DNA from: Camelus dromedarius
Lineage: Eukaryota
Direction of reading: 5' to 3'
Length of the DNA: 64,000 bases
Assembly: GCF_036321535.1 (NCBI RefSeq)
Contig: NC_087437.1
Coordinates: forward strand, 40,922,001 to 40,986,000
Of the stretch, positions 25,295-37,892 are shown piece after piece (positions within the stretch are counted from its first letter, which is position 1; each line of letters opens with the position of its first letter). The notes under the pieces were generated by a model, which worked only from the letters and a program-made list of their open reading frames with translations, ran no database searches and was not told the DNA's origin. The position numbers and the translations under genes are program-made.

Positions 25295-26789
25295 AACACT
25301 TTTCCTGTGTTTCCTTAAAAGAACCCCTCCCTTTCCCTATTCAGTGGGAGGCTCTCACTGAGCCACGGAAGGGCAAAAACCAAGAAAAGAAGAAGAAAGG
25401 CCTTTGGTGACTAACGGCAATGTTTTGATTTGTAAATCCTAGACCAGGATGGCAAGGAGACGAATAAACAATAGATTTGGAAGGCTGCAAGGTGATAAAA
25501 GAGGCAGTTTGTCTGTCCCAGAGGAACAAAAGATTCCCTGGGTAGAAACACAAAGAACAGCACTGAGATGGGGCTCCGGGTTCCACCCACTCCTGGCCTG
25601 GCCCCCCCCAGTCCCAGGGACAGGGAGATGGCGAAACCCCCAGGAGGGCTTGGGGCACTGGGTGGAGCTCAGGAGGGCCGCAAGTTTACGCAGCAACCCC
25701 GAAACATAACATGGGGGCTGGCGGGAGGCATATCCAGGCTGCTGGGCTGAGATGGCCTCATGATGTTCCCTGTTCCCAGTGAGGTTCAAGGAGCAGCTGA
25801 ACATTTCCAGGAAGAGCTTAGAAGTCCTGAGAGAGGACCCAGTCGGGAGAAGCTTTGAATTAGTAAGGAGGCTCCAGCATCAGTCTGGTCAACCATCTTC
25901 CTCAGAGGCCAGACAGAAATCAGGGCATCATGGCAAGGACAGTGTCAGTGACGAAGACTGTGGGGACTCCATGCCTTCCTTGTCCCCCTCCTAATCCAGT
26001 GCCACCATGAAAGCTTTGTGGAATTTACCTAAAATGTGAGATGAAGAAGTGGGGTCCACTGAGCCCAGGACACCACACACAGGGGTGCAGGTTGCTCACT
26101 GCACAGCGACACCGCAGGGAGCAGGTGGAGACCACAATCTAGTTTGTGCTTTGCCATCACACCATGTGTACTGGTGGGGGCTGCACCCGCCCAGAGGGGT
26201 ACTTTTTCCAATTTGCACAATAAGTCATGGGCCACTGGCAGCTTGACTGAGCCAATCTTGATTTGCAGAGATCCCTCTGAATTAACTGAAAAGTTTTCAC
26301 TGCAAGAAGATTGGGATTCAAAGTCAAAATTAATTTTTAGTACATAAAAATAAAGTTGTATCACTTGCACACCTGAATCTGCAGCCTGATGTTTGTGACC
26401 ATTTTTAGTAGAGAACCATGTAAACAAACCCACTCCCCCAGAAAAACTCACCTCTATTTGTATCATGGTTAATATTTTGGTATATTTTCTTTCAGTATTT
26501 TCTCTGTAGTTTTCCATAATTAATACACAAGATATATGCTCTTTGGTATCATGCATTTTCTACTTAAAATTGTATCACAGGGGGCATCATATAGAAAGTG
26601 GATCACAACCTTGTCTGCAGTTTTGAATACCTGAGGTGCATACACACGTGCTAGTGCCCAAGGCCACTGTCCCAGGCCAGTGGAATCAGAGACATAATAT
26701 GCTATCAGGTGCTGGAATCACTAACTCAAGGCGCAAGGGAGTAGAGAAGATGTCTAAGGACTGAGTCTTTGAAAACACCTGACTTAGAT

Positions 26790-26945
26790 CAGTGCTTTTC
26801 AAACGTGAATGTGGTGTGAGTCACCTGGAGATGTTGTTAAAATGCAGATTCTGATTCAGCAGGGCTTGGGTGAGGCCTGAGATTCTGCATTTCTCACAAG
26901 CTGACATGTGGTCCACTCTGGTCAGTGGACCACACTGAGTACCAC
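26790..26945 (+). mobile_element. MER5-type hAT-Charlie element
   Basis: cacctggagatgttgttaaaatgcagattctgattcagcagggcttgggtgaggcctgagattctgcatttct. Confidence 0.8.
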
Positions 26946-27324
26946 CGGCTTAGAGGTCAAGAAGATGAGGAAGAATAAGAAAAATTATTTATAATTTAAT
27001 CATTTTCTCAAGTTATTACAAATTATTTTTGAACTGTTATTTTCAATATTTATATATTCCTTAAAATGAACAGGCCATATTTTTTCCTTGACCATTTCCT
27101 TATTATTTGTCAATTTCACTGTTTTCAGGGTTTTTTATTATAATCAATGCAGCAAGGAACGTCTTTGTGCATACTTCTTTGTCGCCAACTTTCAAATGAG
27201 CAACTAACAGACGAAAGAGATGAAGGTGGTGAAGGGGGCGCAGTGTAGCACAACCACCCAGGGCACAAGTTCCCGTCCAGCATGGTCACTCTGACCATGT
27301 GCCCTCAGGCAAGTCAAGCAGTGG

Positions 27325-27908
27325 GTTTTTTGGGGTTTTTTTTTAATTTTTAAAATTTGGTTTTTATTGAAATGTAGTTGATTCACAATGTTAGTTTCAG
27401 GTGTACAGCAAAGTTGTGAAGGAAAAGCCGGGCTGATCTAACAAGATAACTCACAAGTCTAGGAATGTGAAGGAGAGGCTGGGCTGGGCTAACAAGATAA
27501 CTCACACATCTAAGTATCGGAATATTGATCTGAGTTCTGCTGGACTAACTTGTAAATCTAAGTTAATTAGTGTTGGTTTGCTGTTCATGTTTTTTGCTAG
27601 CCAGCTGGATTTTCAAAGATACATATCTGGCTTTGGAATGTTGGTTTGCTGCCTCCCCGCCTCCACTTTTGTGATAATGATGCTGCTAAAGCCATTCCAT
27701 GCCTATTGGCCGAATCCCCCAAGCTTGTATTTTACGCTACAAAACCTCATGCGCACGTCTTGGAGGTGCTCAGAGCTTCGGAGCAGAAGCCCCTCTGAGC
27801 CCGCTGGCGTAATACATCTGAGCACTCCAACCCTCCGAGTGGTGCTTGTTTCTTGGCTGGCCTGTCGTTTCCGTAACAAAGTGATTCAGTTATACATGTA
27901 CATACATG
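27325..27908 (-). mobile_element. Short L1 3' tail (antisense) split by a solo LTR
   Basis: gtagttgattcacaatgttagtttcaggtgtacagcaaagt | LTR | aagtgattcagttatacatg rejoins into the L1 3' consensus. Confidence 0.8.
27415..27878 (+). mobile_element. ERV1-class solo LTR (464 bp) with a duplicated 5' end
   Basis: TG...CA ends, 4-bp TSD aagt (27411-27414 / 27879-27882), degenerate poly(A) signal aataca near 27810. Confidence 0.85.
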
Positions 27909-28904
27909 GAGATGACTGGATAAAGAGCAATGGTTTTTTGCCTCAGTTTTCTCTGCTATAGGACGGGCTTTTTCTTTTCTCATATTTAGAATAAAAGGAG
28001 TTCACAAACTAATCTGCAACTCAGTACTTCCTTCTGCAGAGCCACCGTGTTATGAATATTCATCATGGCTCAGAAACAATGACTGGGTGTGCGGACGGCA
28101 AGCCCTGGGGTCACCCCACCCTGAATCCTACCAGATACCGAATCGCTGGTGCCACAGTAATGAGCAAACACTGGGATCTGGCCCAGCCTTGGCTGTTTGG
28201 ATCTCAGTGCCAGGGTAGGAGGTCTGAAAAACATGAAAAGAAACAGCTGAATTCCAAGACACTCCTTCAGATAAAGTTTCCCTTTAAACATTTGTACCAT
28301 TCTTCATCAATATTTATGAAGTGATGACTAGATATAGCTGCATTCCTCTTGGGCCATGTCTAGAACTCACCCAGAACACCTGATCAAAATACAATTGCTG
28401 TTTGTTTGGTGGGGGGGGGGGTCACTTTTATAGGCAAGCTTCTTTGAAAATGAGGAACCAAGTCAGCCTCATATTGGAAAGAAAAAAAATCATACTCAGT
28501 CACATGAGCACAAAAAGATGAATGCAATTTTTTTTTAAGGGCAACATGGTGTGGAAGAAAAATCATGGAATTCAGGATCTTGGGTTTGATTCCCAAATGA
28601 GCCTCTTGCTAGCAGAGAATGAGAGCAAGTTAATTAACTACTTTGAGTTCCAGTTTCTTCCTCACAAAGCACTCTACAAGTTATTATAAATGCAGAGAAA
28701 AATACTTTTCTAGAAGGAATCGATCTATCTGGCCTTTCAAGCAGGCAGGATGTTAGCAAATAACTTGCCAACATATTGAAGATTGAGGTCCCTGAGGGTT
28801 TCATCTCGTATTCTTAAGTCTAATCTTTGAGGGACACCAGAAAGCTTCCAGGTAAGTTCCTCAGTAGGTGCCACGTGGTGCCTGGAATTTCCAAACGACT
28901 CATC

Positions 28905-29068
28905 TTTGGGGTTAAGTTGCTCATCCTTTGCTTATGTTAGAATTACCTGGGAAGAATTTTTTAAATGCCAATGTCCAGGCCCCACCCTCGACCAACTAAA
29001 GCCATGTTCTGGTATTGTTTACAGAGCTCCCTGCTGATTCCATTGAACAGCCTGAGCTCAGAACTGCT
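28905..29068. mobile_element. MER5-type element
   Basis: ttagaattacctgggaag...aaatgccaatgtccaggccccaccc...gctccctgctgattcc. Confidence 0.6.
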
Positions 29069-29399
29069 CGCTGAGTTACAGTCTTAGGACACCTACTGAA
29101 AAATCCAGAGCCTGTAAAACTAAGTAATTTTCCTTTCAGTGACCCCAGCCACAGAAATTTGTCACAGCTAGTCAGTCCTTCAGCAGTGCACCTCGGGAAG
29201 GGACATAAGCAGGTGATCCTGGACGTCCAGATGATGGACAACTCAGAAGAGCCTGGAAACCCTGCACCTCTACAGAGAGGCAACATGAGAATAACCTGGC
29301 TCATCCTTAACATCATCAGTTACCTTTTACTGAGTCACTACTAGGTGCCAAGTACCGTATGCCAAGCATTTCACATTTTATTCTTGCAGTGCTGGTGTG

Positions 29400-29830
29400 G
29401 AGGCTGCAGACAAGGGTAGGGGTAGTGAGTGTGGAGTAATAAGAGAGTGCAGCTTTTCGGGAAAACAGCTTGGCAATATGTGCCAGGAATCCTCAAAACA
29501 TTCACATTCTTTGGCTAAAGACTCCACTTCAAAGTGACAATCCTGCAGAAAATGTCACAAATGCAGATGGTGCTTTTGTTCATAAATATGTTCCCTGCAG
29601 CAGGGTTGATATCAGTAAGAAACTGGGAGTAACATAAATCCCCAACAAACGGATGGTGATTGCATCAATGTTGCTACATTGTACACTGGAGGATGGTGCA
29701 ACCATTGAAGATGTTTTCCTCTATGAATAATTTTACCACGAGGAGAATTTTATGTTATAAAATATTCATTGTACAACAAAGTAAGATTTAAAATTGTATC
29801 TACGGTGTGATTCAAAGTTCCAAGAATGGC
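29400..29830 (+). mobile_element. Old L1ME-type fragment (approximate)
   Basis: gggaaaacagcttggcaatatg...aaaacattcacattctttgg...aatcctgcagaaaat. Confidence 0.5.
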
Positions 29831-31023
29831 AAATAATTATAAAATTTGTTACACGACAAAGTTGGTTGGGATTGGCCAGACCCCATTTGTACCCTTATCT
29901 CCTTCAGAGAGCAAGCTTCAAATGGTTAAAAAGTATACTGTCAAAGCGAGAACCTTTTAACAGCAAACACTTTGAGCATGTTGTGGAGTCATCTCTGTTT
30001 TGGTTCTTGCACTGAGTCCTGAGTGTGCAGCCCCCTCTCCAAATAAAGCCAGGCTGATGTCAACAGTCAGAGGAAACAGAAAACAAATGACAACTGATTT
30101 ATAATACAACCCAAATATTTGTTTCACAAGTTTTTCTCACTACTAGAATCTGGTTCTCTGTGGGTGTGAAAAGAAGAGGAACTGAGAAAGAAGGGAAGAT
30201 TTGCAGAGAAGAAAACAAAGGAAACGGAGCCTGTGAGGGGGAAAGCAAGCAGAACTGCGTCTCTTGCTGAAGGAATTTCAGGTCTCCCGGTTCCCTGCAG
30301 AATCTGCTTACTCCACACACAGCCAGGGTTGCCTTGAGGATCTCGCCATTTTCTGCCATTTTGCATCTTCTCTGGGGATGGCCTGACAGACCCGACCCTG
30401 CTACATTTTTCAGAACCATGTTCTCCTGCTGTCAGCTTCCTTCTCCCTCCTAAGTCCCCACACCCAGGCACTCAAAGCCTTCCTGCCTCCTCAGTTTAGG
30501 ACAAGACTCCAGTCCCAGATCTGACAGTGCCAGCTTTTTCCAATCTGAGGCTGCTTTTTTATTTAAAGAAACAACAAAACAAAACTGGGGGTGGGGGGTG
30601 GGGGGGGAAGGAAGGCGCGCCCTCTGTTGAGAAGCTGTGCTTTCATCACCGGTTGCTGGAGAACATCTGGAACGACCAAAGCTACCAGAAATTCAAAACT
30701 GACTTTTTGTGAATTTTTAAGAGCCATCAGAGCATCCACATACTTTTGAAAAATGGAACGTGTGACGCATTTTGTTTATGCAGCTTACAGACCAGGCTTG
30801 ACACCCAAGAGGTTTCAGAGACAGGCCCAGACTCAGGACCGTCTTCCTCAGCACCTTGGCCTCCATCTGTCCCGTTCCCTCAAGGCCTGTACGTGAGATT
30901 CACCCCTTTGCTCCCTCTCAGTGAGCTAGTGAGTAACTCTCCCGCCCTTACCACCCACGGGAGCAGGAAACAAGCGTTTACTGTAACTGTGCTGAGTTCC
31001 AGGCACTGTGCCCTGTTACTCTT

Positions 31024-31154
31024 TTTTTTTTCTTTTGTGGGCGGTGGGGGTAGTTAATTTGGTTTATTTATTCTTAGAGGAGGTACTGGGGATTGAACCC
31101 AGGACCTCATGCACACTAAGCATGCGCTCTACCATTTGAGCTATACCCTCCCCC
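31024..31154 (-). mobile_element. tRNA-derived SINE, camelid Vic-1-like
   Basis: Antisense gaggtactggggattgaacccaggacctc...gagctataccctcccc; TSD tgttactctt at 31014-31023 / 31160-31169. Confidence 0.9.
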
Positions 31155-31303
31155 TGTGGTGTTACTCTTAAGTTGGGGAGACTGAGGGCGGAGAAGTTAA
31201 ACTAGTAAATGCTGGAGGTGGGATTGTGTGACTCCAGAGCCCTTTCACCTGCAACCTACCTGAACTAAGGTACCACCCTCCTGGGTAAGATGACCTTTAT
31301 AAT

Positions 31304-31768
31304 TGTCTGCTGAAATAAACGCACAGACTAAAAGTGGAGAGTTATGTTTTACTTGGTGGGAGGACGCGAGCCGGGATGACAGCCCCTCAGATCGCCCTGA
31401 GGGACTGCTCCAAAGGGGTAGGGGAGGAGCTGGGATGTATAGGAGCTTTACAACAAAGACCAGGTAGTTGGAACATTAAAAGATTGCTTGTTATCTACCA
31501 AGAAAAACAGGCATCTCAAGTTAAAGAATTTAGTGCTCTTCTATGTATGGGAGGAAGCAAACGTTTGGGCTCATTGAATTCATTCCTTTGACAAGCACCT
31601 ATCCTGTCCTTTCTTATTCTGAGTCCGCTCAGAGTGCACCATTGTGAGTGGCTACAGAGGCTGGGCTGCAGGTCTGTCCTCACTGGGGGGGGGGGGTGGC
31701 GGCAGCCGCTGGTGACTTAGTTTCAGCATTCTTTGTTTACTGATATGGTTGCAGTATTTTCATTCACC
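31304..31768 (-). mobile_element. ERV1 solo LTR, MER41-related (MER41_BT-like)
   Basis: Antisense U5/R tgtctgctgaaa...gagagttatgtttta...cccctcagatcgccctgagggactgctccaaagg; near TSD taat/tgat. Confidence 0.7.
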
Positions 31769-33483
31769 TGATGAAGGGGAATTTGGGCACCTTAGCAGAA
31801 CTATTTTGCAAATCACACTGCAGGTGTGGGCATCTGTCTTCTGGGCCTGGTCACTTCAGGCATCCTGCCTGGGCTGCTGATCCAGGCTATTTTTATGATA
31901 TTATGATATATCATATAATAACAATATATATGACATTACATAATAAAGAATATAATTGTGATATATTGTAAAAAAAAAAAAAAATAGGCTACTTCTTTCC
32001 ATTCTAAAGATAGGATCCAGCAAAACTGAAGCCTCAAAAAAATAGGGGGATTTGATCTTGTGTCTGGTTGCTGCACATTTGAATGTAAAATTGCTCTTCA
32101 GATATTTCAGAGCCAGGCAGATGACTTTTCAGTCTAAAAACCAACTGGTTACATTAAATCAGGCTTTGAAGTCCTTTGTGAATACCAGCATTCTTTAAGG
32201 CTCTCTTGTAATCCAGATGTTTAGCTCCTTGTCCAAAACTCTTTGATTGGGGTGAATCCACCTGGGAACATATCAAAATGCAGCTTTTCTATGAGGCTTT
32301 TTTCTTTCTTCACTACTTTCTGGTTCCCATTAAACCTGAGCCCTCCCAGTGACTTGTCTCTTAGCATAAGGGCCCTCTTGTTTCAAGGCAGATCGTATGT
32401 ACATTTGAATTAGTTACAAGAGTTTGTAAAAATTGCATAAAGCTTCCAACGCTCTTCTCCCCTGTTAAGAGGCACCACTAGTCTCCAGCCTTTGGGATCT
32501 TTGCTTTTAGTAGCCAAAAAAATAACTATAACTTTAAGAAATCTGTGCTCTCCAGAAATTTTCTGGGAGAACTCGCAATATCCTGGAGCTCACCTGTCAC
32601 CTCTCCACTCCAAACCTCTACTCCTGGTCTCATTCTGTCTCCTCTGCCTTCCTCATCAATACTCTTACGAGCTGCTGTCCTTTTTATGATCACTTTGTCC
32701 CCAGTATGGGCACTCTACCCTTTTCCTCATTCTCCAAGGCAATGCCATTTCATGTAACAGACTTCACTGCATGTTTGAAGGTAACAAAGAATCACAGTGC
32801 AGATTAAGAAATGATGCAGAGTTAGATATGCAACACCAGTGTCCTTGAATTTCCTTGCTATCCTGATATAGCTTTCCCAGCTCGCTGTCTTGCTACCTGT
32901 TATAACAAGAACTGGACCATAAGATGTGGACGAGTCAGAATAAAGCCATCATCACTACTGCAAGACCAGTTCTCTGTCTCCAGTCAGTCCTGGGACCCAC
33001 GTGGCCCAGACTCAGGTGATATTACACTCAAACAAACAGTTCAGGAGCAACAGGACACTTGAATCTCTAACTGCATCTGTTGAAGGATATGACAGGCATC
33101 TGGTCCATAGCTCACGGAACCTTTCTCCTCTCCTCCTCTTCACCTCCCGTGGTTATTCCAGAGCCTCTCACTCTCTAAGATTCCTTACTCCCAAGTCTCC
33201 TCTATGACTTTTTCCAATGCCCAGCCAAAGTGAATTTTTTAATATATCTCCTTTTAACATTTCATTGTGTACATCAATTTAGCCTCCCTGGCTTCCTTTA
33301 GTTTGTCCGTTTGCCTGGTTCCAGTATTCAGTGCTATAGAAAAAAACCTGGGAGTTGACCATCAAGCCAGAGTCACCCCCACTGAGAAGCTAGGAAGGGA
33401 GGAGAAATCTGAGAACGAATACATTGACCATTCCTATGTCTATTATGTGTCAATATTGTTCTCTGCTGTAGTTCAAGCCTACC

Positions 33484-34060
33484 TGTTGCCGAAAGATCAG
33501 CCCCCACCCCCACCCTGTCCCTGAAGAGCCAAATAACTCAGCGACTGGGACCCGTAGAAGAGAAGAGGCAGCTGTATTACTTTGCTGGCAAAGGGGACTC
33601 ACAGCAGGCTAGTGCCTTCAACACTGTGAACCCCCCTTGGGGATGGGGTGAGGTGGTTATATAGCCATAGCTCAAACAATAAAGCATTGATAACAATCAA
33701 CAGAACCATTTTCTCATCAGAAGACTCAGAATGCCCTCATGATGCCTCCAGGTGACCAGTTCTATACAGGCCAGCCGTGGTCACTTTTTTGATCTCTTTA
33801 TCTCCTAAGCACTCAAGGCGTGGTCTCTTTGGCATTTAGCTTACTTTGTAAGGTTACAGTTCTGTGACTTTTTCCCTGGAGATCAGCTCAGAGACCAAGC
33901 ATGATCATAGCTTTTGATTTCTAGAATAAAGTAGAAATAGTAGGATCAATAGCTTTAGTTTTAGCAATGGGTCAGTCAGGTCAGCTGACCGTTTTAAGGC
34001 CAAGCATAAGAATAAGCAATCTTTTAGTCTAAATGTGGCCATTTTGTTAATCCTTCTTTA
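33484..34060 (-). mobile_element. ERV solo LTR (577 bp)
   Basis: Starts TGTTGCCGAAAG and ends ...cttcttTA (decayed CA); perfect 4-bp TSD tacc (33480-33483 / 34061-34064). Confidence 0.75.
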
Positions 34061-34438
34061 TACCTTGGGAAATTAAAAACATGGTAATGCCTATGAGGTG
34101 ACTGTGAGGCAGCTAAAGTTTGAGAAGCAAACTTTTTTCCTAGCCTGGACGTTCCCAAGCCAAGGAACCCACCTAACTTGGTTCCAGTCCCAGCTCTGCC
34201 TCTTTTTAGGTCCATGACCTCCACCAAGTCACTCAGCCTCCCCAAGCCTGGGAGGAGACCATCGTGGACTTTTTGCTAGAGTCACAGGGCTCCTTATGTC
34301 AAAGGACCCCCTGGGATTGGCTTCCTTGGCGTCCATCCACAGGGCCTCAACATGCCTTCTTTCGTCGTTTCTTTGGGGAGCTGCCATCATCATCTCTGTC
34401 CCTTGGGGTGTCTCACACCCAAGTTTGGGGGCCATTTC

Positions 34439-34489
<51 letters not shown>
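34439..34489. repeat. (AAT)17 microsatellite
   Basis: Perfect 51-nt run; it explains the poly-Ile and poly-Tyr ORFs. Confidence 0.97.
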
Positions 34490-34820
34490 TCCAAACTCTT
34501 TGTAATAGTGACGTTGAAATGATAGTCCCAGAATCCACATGGTCAACTTGTTCTTGGCCAATAATGGAATCAAATTGGCTTCTGCAGTGCAAGTATGCTT
34601 CCTGAAAATCAGCACCCCTGAAACTGGGATAAAGCACTTTGACCAAACGCAGTTCTATGAGATAAATGGCTCACCTAAAACTAGAACAGGACCCCAGCAA
34701 GGGGTTAAAACAAGAAGTTGAAACACTGTTCCAACGTTAGTCTCTCTCCCTTCACTCATCACTTCCTAAACTCTCCTTTCCTCCAGCAAGCTCCTAATAA
34801 CGGGTGAGAGTCCTCAGTTG

Positions 34821-34877
34821 CAGCTTCCTTCCTCGAGTCCTTTCCAGCTTCCTTCCTCGAGTCCTTTCCAGCTTCCT
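34821..34877. repeat. 24-bp tandem repeat, ~2.4 copies (cagcttccttcctcgagtcctttc)
   Basis: Perfect units start at 34821 and 34845, with a partial unit at 34869. Confidence 0.95.
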
Positions 34878-35229
34878 CCAGCAGCTCTGCCACAGGCCGT
34901 GCGGCCTGAACACTCTGCCCAGTAGTGCCCAACCAGAAAGATTTTGGTGAAACAGAGGATTGCTTCTGCCTAGTTTCTGATTCTCTAGGCTCTGGGCTTT
35001 TCAGAAGAAGGGAGCAATTAACCCTGGTCAAAGTGGGGGCTCATCCTCAGATGCAGCAATGAGCCAGGAGCCACAGAGGGAGGACCAGGGTACAGTTCCA
35101 GAGAGCCGAGAGAGATACACCCAGCACTGACTCGCACACTTGAGGAAGAAAGGCAGGAAACTGCAAGCCATCTCCATGCCCTCGAGCTGCCCTCACACTC
35201 CCCAGAAGAAATGTTTTGGTTACCTAAAC

Positions 35230-35390
35230 AAATGCTTCTCAAATGTTAACATGCATATGAATCACCTGAGGATCTTATTAAAATGCACATTTTGATTCAG
35301 CAGTGGGGGTGGGCCTGAGATTCGGCATTTCTAACAAGCTCCCTGGGGATGCTGACAATAATGTGCACAGCCCACAGGCTGAGTAGCAAG
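35230..35390 (+). mobile_element. MER5-type element
   Basis: gaatcacctgaggatcttattaaaatgcacattttgattcagcag...gggcctgagattcggcatttctaacaagctccc. Confidence 0.8.
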
Positions 35391-35891
35391 AACTGCTGGT
35401 TTGTGAGGTCCATGGCTAAGAGAAGGAACTGAGAAAATGCATGAGATTCATTAGCTGGGAGTAACAGAAAGCATTCCTGCTGAGTGTTACCATCAGCCTC
35501 CATGGCATAAGTTAAAATATTACCTTATTCAGAGTCTGTTTTTACTTTTTTAAGGAAAAAACCTTTTAAGTAGCATGTGTATTCTGCTGTTTTGTGTGTG
35601 TTGGTGTGTATTATATTTCCATTTTCTTAGCTAAGTTTTTGCTTAAATGCAAAACTAATTCCAGAGCCCACAATACGGGGAGACAAGAGTTACTCCCAGC
35701 CAGGGCTGCGGTTCACTGGGTAGAGCACAGAGTTTAGAACCAAACAATTAAGGTTCTCGGCTGCTGCCCAGCTATTTCCAAATCACCACCTTGGCCAGTG
35801 CTTTTCAAACTTGTTGGAGAGGTTGAGTGCTTGGAAATCACAGTGCTTCCTACAAAGCACAGTGGATGAAATGTTTATAATTTTACATAAT

Positions 35892-36429
35892 TGAGACAGG
35901 AAGAGGGCAGGGCACAGCCATTCAAGGAATGCTACAGCAATTAACATCTAAATGGTGAAAGATTCAACCCCCAGTAGGCCTTGATGAGAGATTTCAATTC
36001 TAGTAGTTCTTGAGCTTCATTACACGCCCATTGTAATATGTTAACATGGTGAATAACACGCCCACAGGCACCATGGCAGTCCCAAGGCCAGCCACAAAAG
36101 GCCACAGAGTGGGAAATGGCCAACTTCCTGGGAATCCCAGCCCCTTCCCCTTATTTCTCTCTCTCTCTCTCCCTCCCAATAGACGGCCCGCATTCTGTCT
36201 ATGGAATGTGTACCTACTTTTAATCTGAGCACCCAACTCCCACACCTTGTGGCCTTTCTCTTGCCTTTCAATGTAGCTGAATAAATCTACCTTTACTCAA
36301 CTATGGCTCGCTCTTGAATTCTTTCCTGCTCGAAGCCAAGGACCCACAATTGGCGGGGCACGTCCCAGGGGCTCAACCGAGACCTGGGACACAGCCCTCC
36401 TCATGCCCCACATCTGTTTTCCTGCATTA
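35892..36429 (+). mobile_element. ERV1-class solo LTR
   Basis: Starts TGAGACAGGAAG; AATAAA at ~36280; U5-like ttgaattctttcctgctcgaagccaaggaccc; near TSD taat/taag. Confidence 0.7.
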
Positions 36430-37711
36430 TAAGGATATGATACAATTGTACTGGCAGAAAATATGGCTCTAATAAGTGAACACAGCATAAAATAACAAGT
36501 CGCCCTAAGTCCTTTTGAAAATGAGCTTCAGTTTGATTTGTAAAATGCAGGTAATAACCTTACCTCACAGAGGGAGACCTCTGATCCTTCAGCTGGAACC
36601 AAAGACGTGCTGAAGATCTTTGCTCCCAACACCAGAAGGCACGCCAGCCTTCCAGCAACCACAGCTTCCACTGCTGCTGGCTGCCATGTATTTAGCATCT
36701 ACCATATACCCGGTACTCTACTAAGGGCTTTGCAAACATCCCGTTAACCTTGACAACTCAGCTAGGTGAGTATCTTTATTAACTATATATTACAAAGAAG
36801 GGACATACAGTGGTTATGGCTCCTTGACAGAGCTCACTGGTCCTCACTCATCTTTCAGTTGGCCACTCACCAGCTCATGCTTCCAGCTCCCTCTCCCATA
36901 CTAGGACTTTGCTCTCTTCATCAAGAAACTAACAAGTAGCTTGTGATCAAGCAAGTCCCCATGGTAGTATTGATCTCTTCTGAGTCACAATCCCTTTGAT
37001 TATCCATTGAAGGCCACAGAAACCTCCCCCAAAAACGCACATAAGGCACATAAGCAAACACACCATCTTGCGTTCAGCTTCGGGGGTTTGGGAATCTCAA
37101 GCAAACACATTCCCTCCTACACAGTTTAGGAGGACAAAGAGGGCCTTTTCAGGCTTCAAGCTGAACATGGCCTGCTATTCCAAGTGCTGACCTGAAATAT
37201 TTTCCTAAGCCATTTTCCTGACCATTTTATTTTTCAAATATTTATAGTGATAAAAGATTAAACAAACACTAAATATAAAAAATATTCCCTGGCACCAGGA
37301 TGCCCATAGAGCTTCCAACTTTTTTTAAGCATCAAGTCATCAAAGAGACTGTCTTTCTATTATTAGTAGACAATCTCAGTTCAGATTTGGGACTGTCCAG
37401 AGAATGCTTGTTTCTCTTTCTATTGGTATCTGAATGAAACAAGATACTTAGAGCAAAACAACATTATTGCTCCCTTCTGTTTTTTTGTTTTTGTTTTGTT
37501 TTGTTTTGTTTTTTTGACATAAGAGGAGACTTGAGCTATTGACAAAACATATGGAGGTGAGACATACAGAATTTGGTGGTTTCTATACCTCCAAATATGG
37601 GGGCGGGGGAAAGTGGGAGTGAGGAGGAAAGGAGAAACAGAGGGAGGAAGGACAGAGATCAGATATTTATGTTTAGAATAATTTGAAATTAATTCTTGTG
37701 CAGCTTGTAGA

Positions 37712-37892
37712 TCCACGGTTCTCAACGTGTGCTCCCTGGACCAGCGGCATCAGCATCACCGGAAACGTGTTAAAAGGGCAAATCCTCAGAGCCCACCTCA
37801 GGTCTGCTGAATCAGAAACGCTAGGGGTGGGCCCCAGCAGTCTGCTTTCAACAAGCCCTCAAGGTGATTCTGATGCACACTGAAACCTGACA
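37712..37892. mobile_element. MER5A-like element
   Basis: ggttctcaacgtgtgctccctggaccagcggcatcagcatcacc...ctgaatcagaaacgctaggggtgggccccagcagtctg. Confidence 0.85.

Noticed and set aside
27467..27961. 164-aa ORF
   Set aside because: Runs through a solo LTR and an L1 tail; not gag, pol or env-like.
31304..31768. STAT/GAS sites in the first MER41-like LTR
   Set aside because: No intact TTC-N3-GAA seen.
34229..34646. Poly-Ile and poly-Tyr ORFs
   Set aside because: Artefacts of the (AAT)17 microsatellite.
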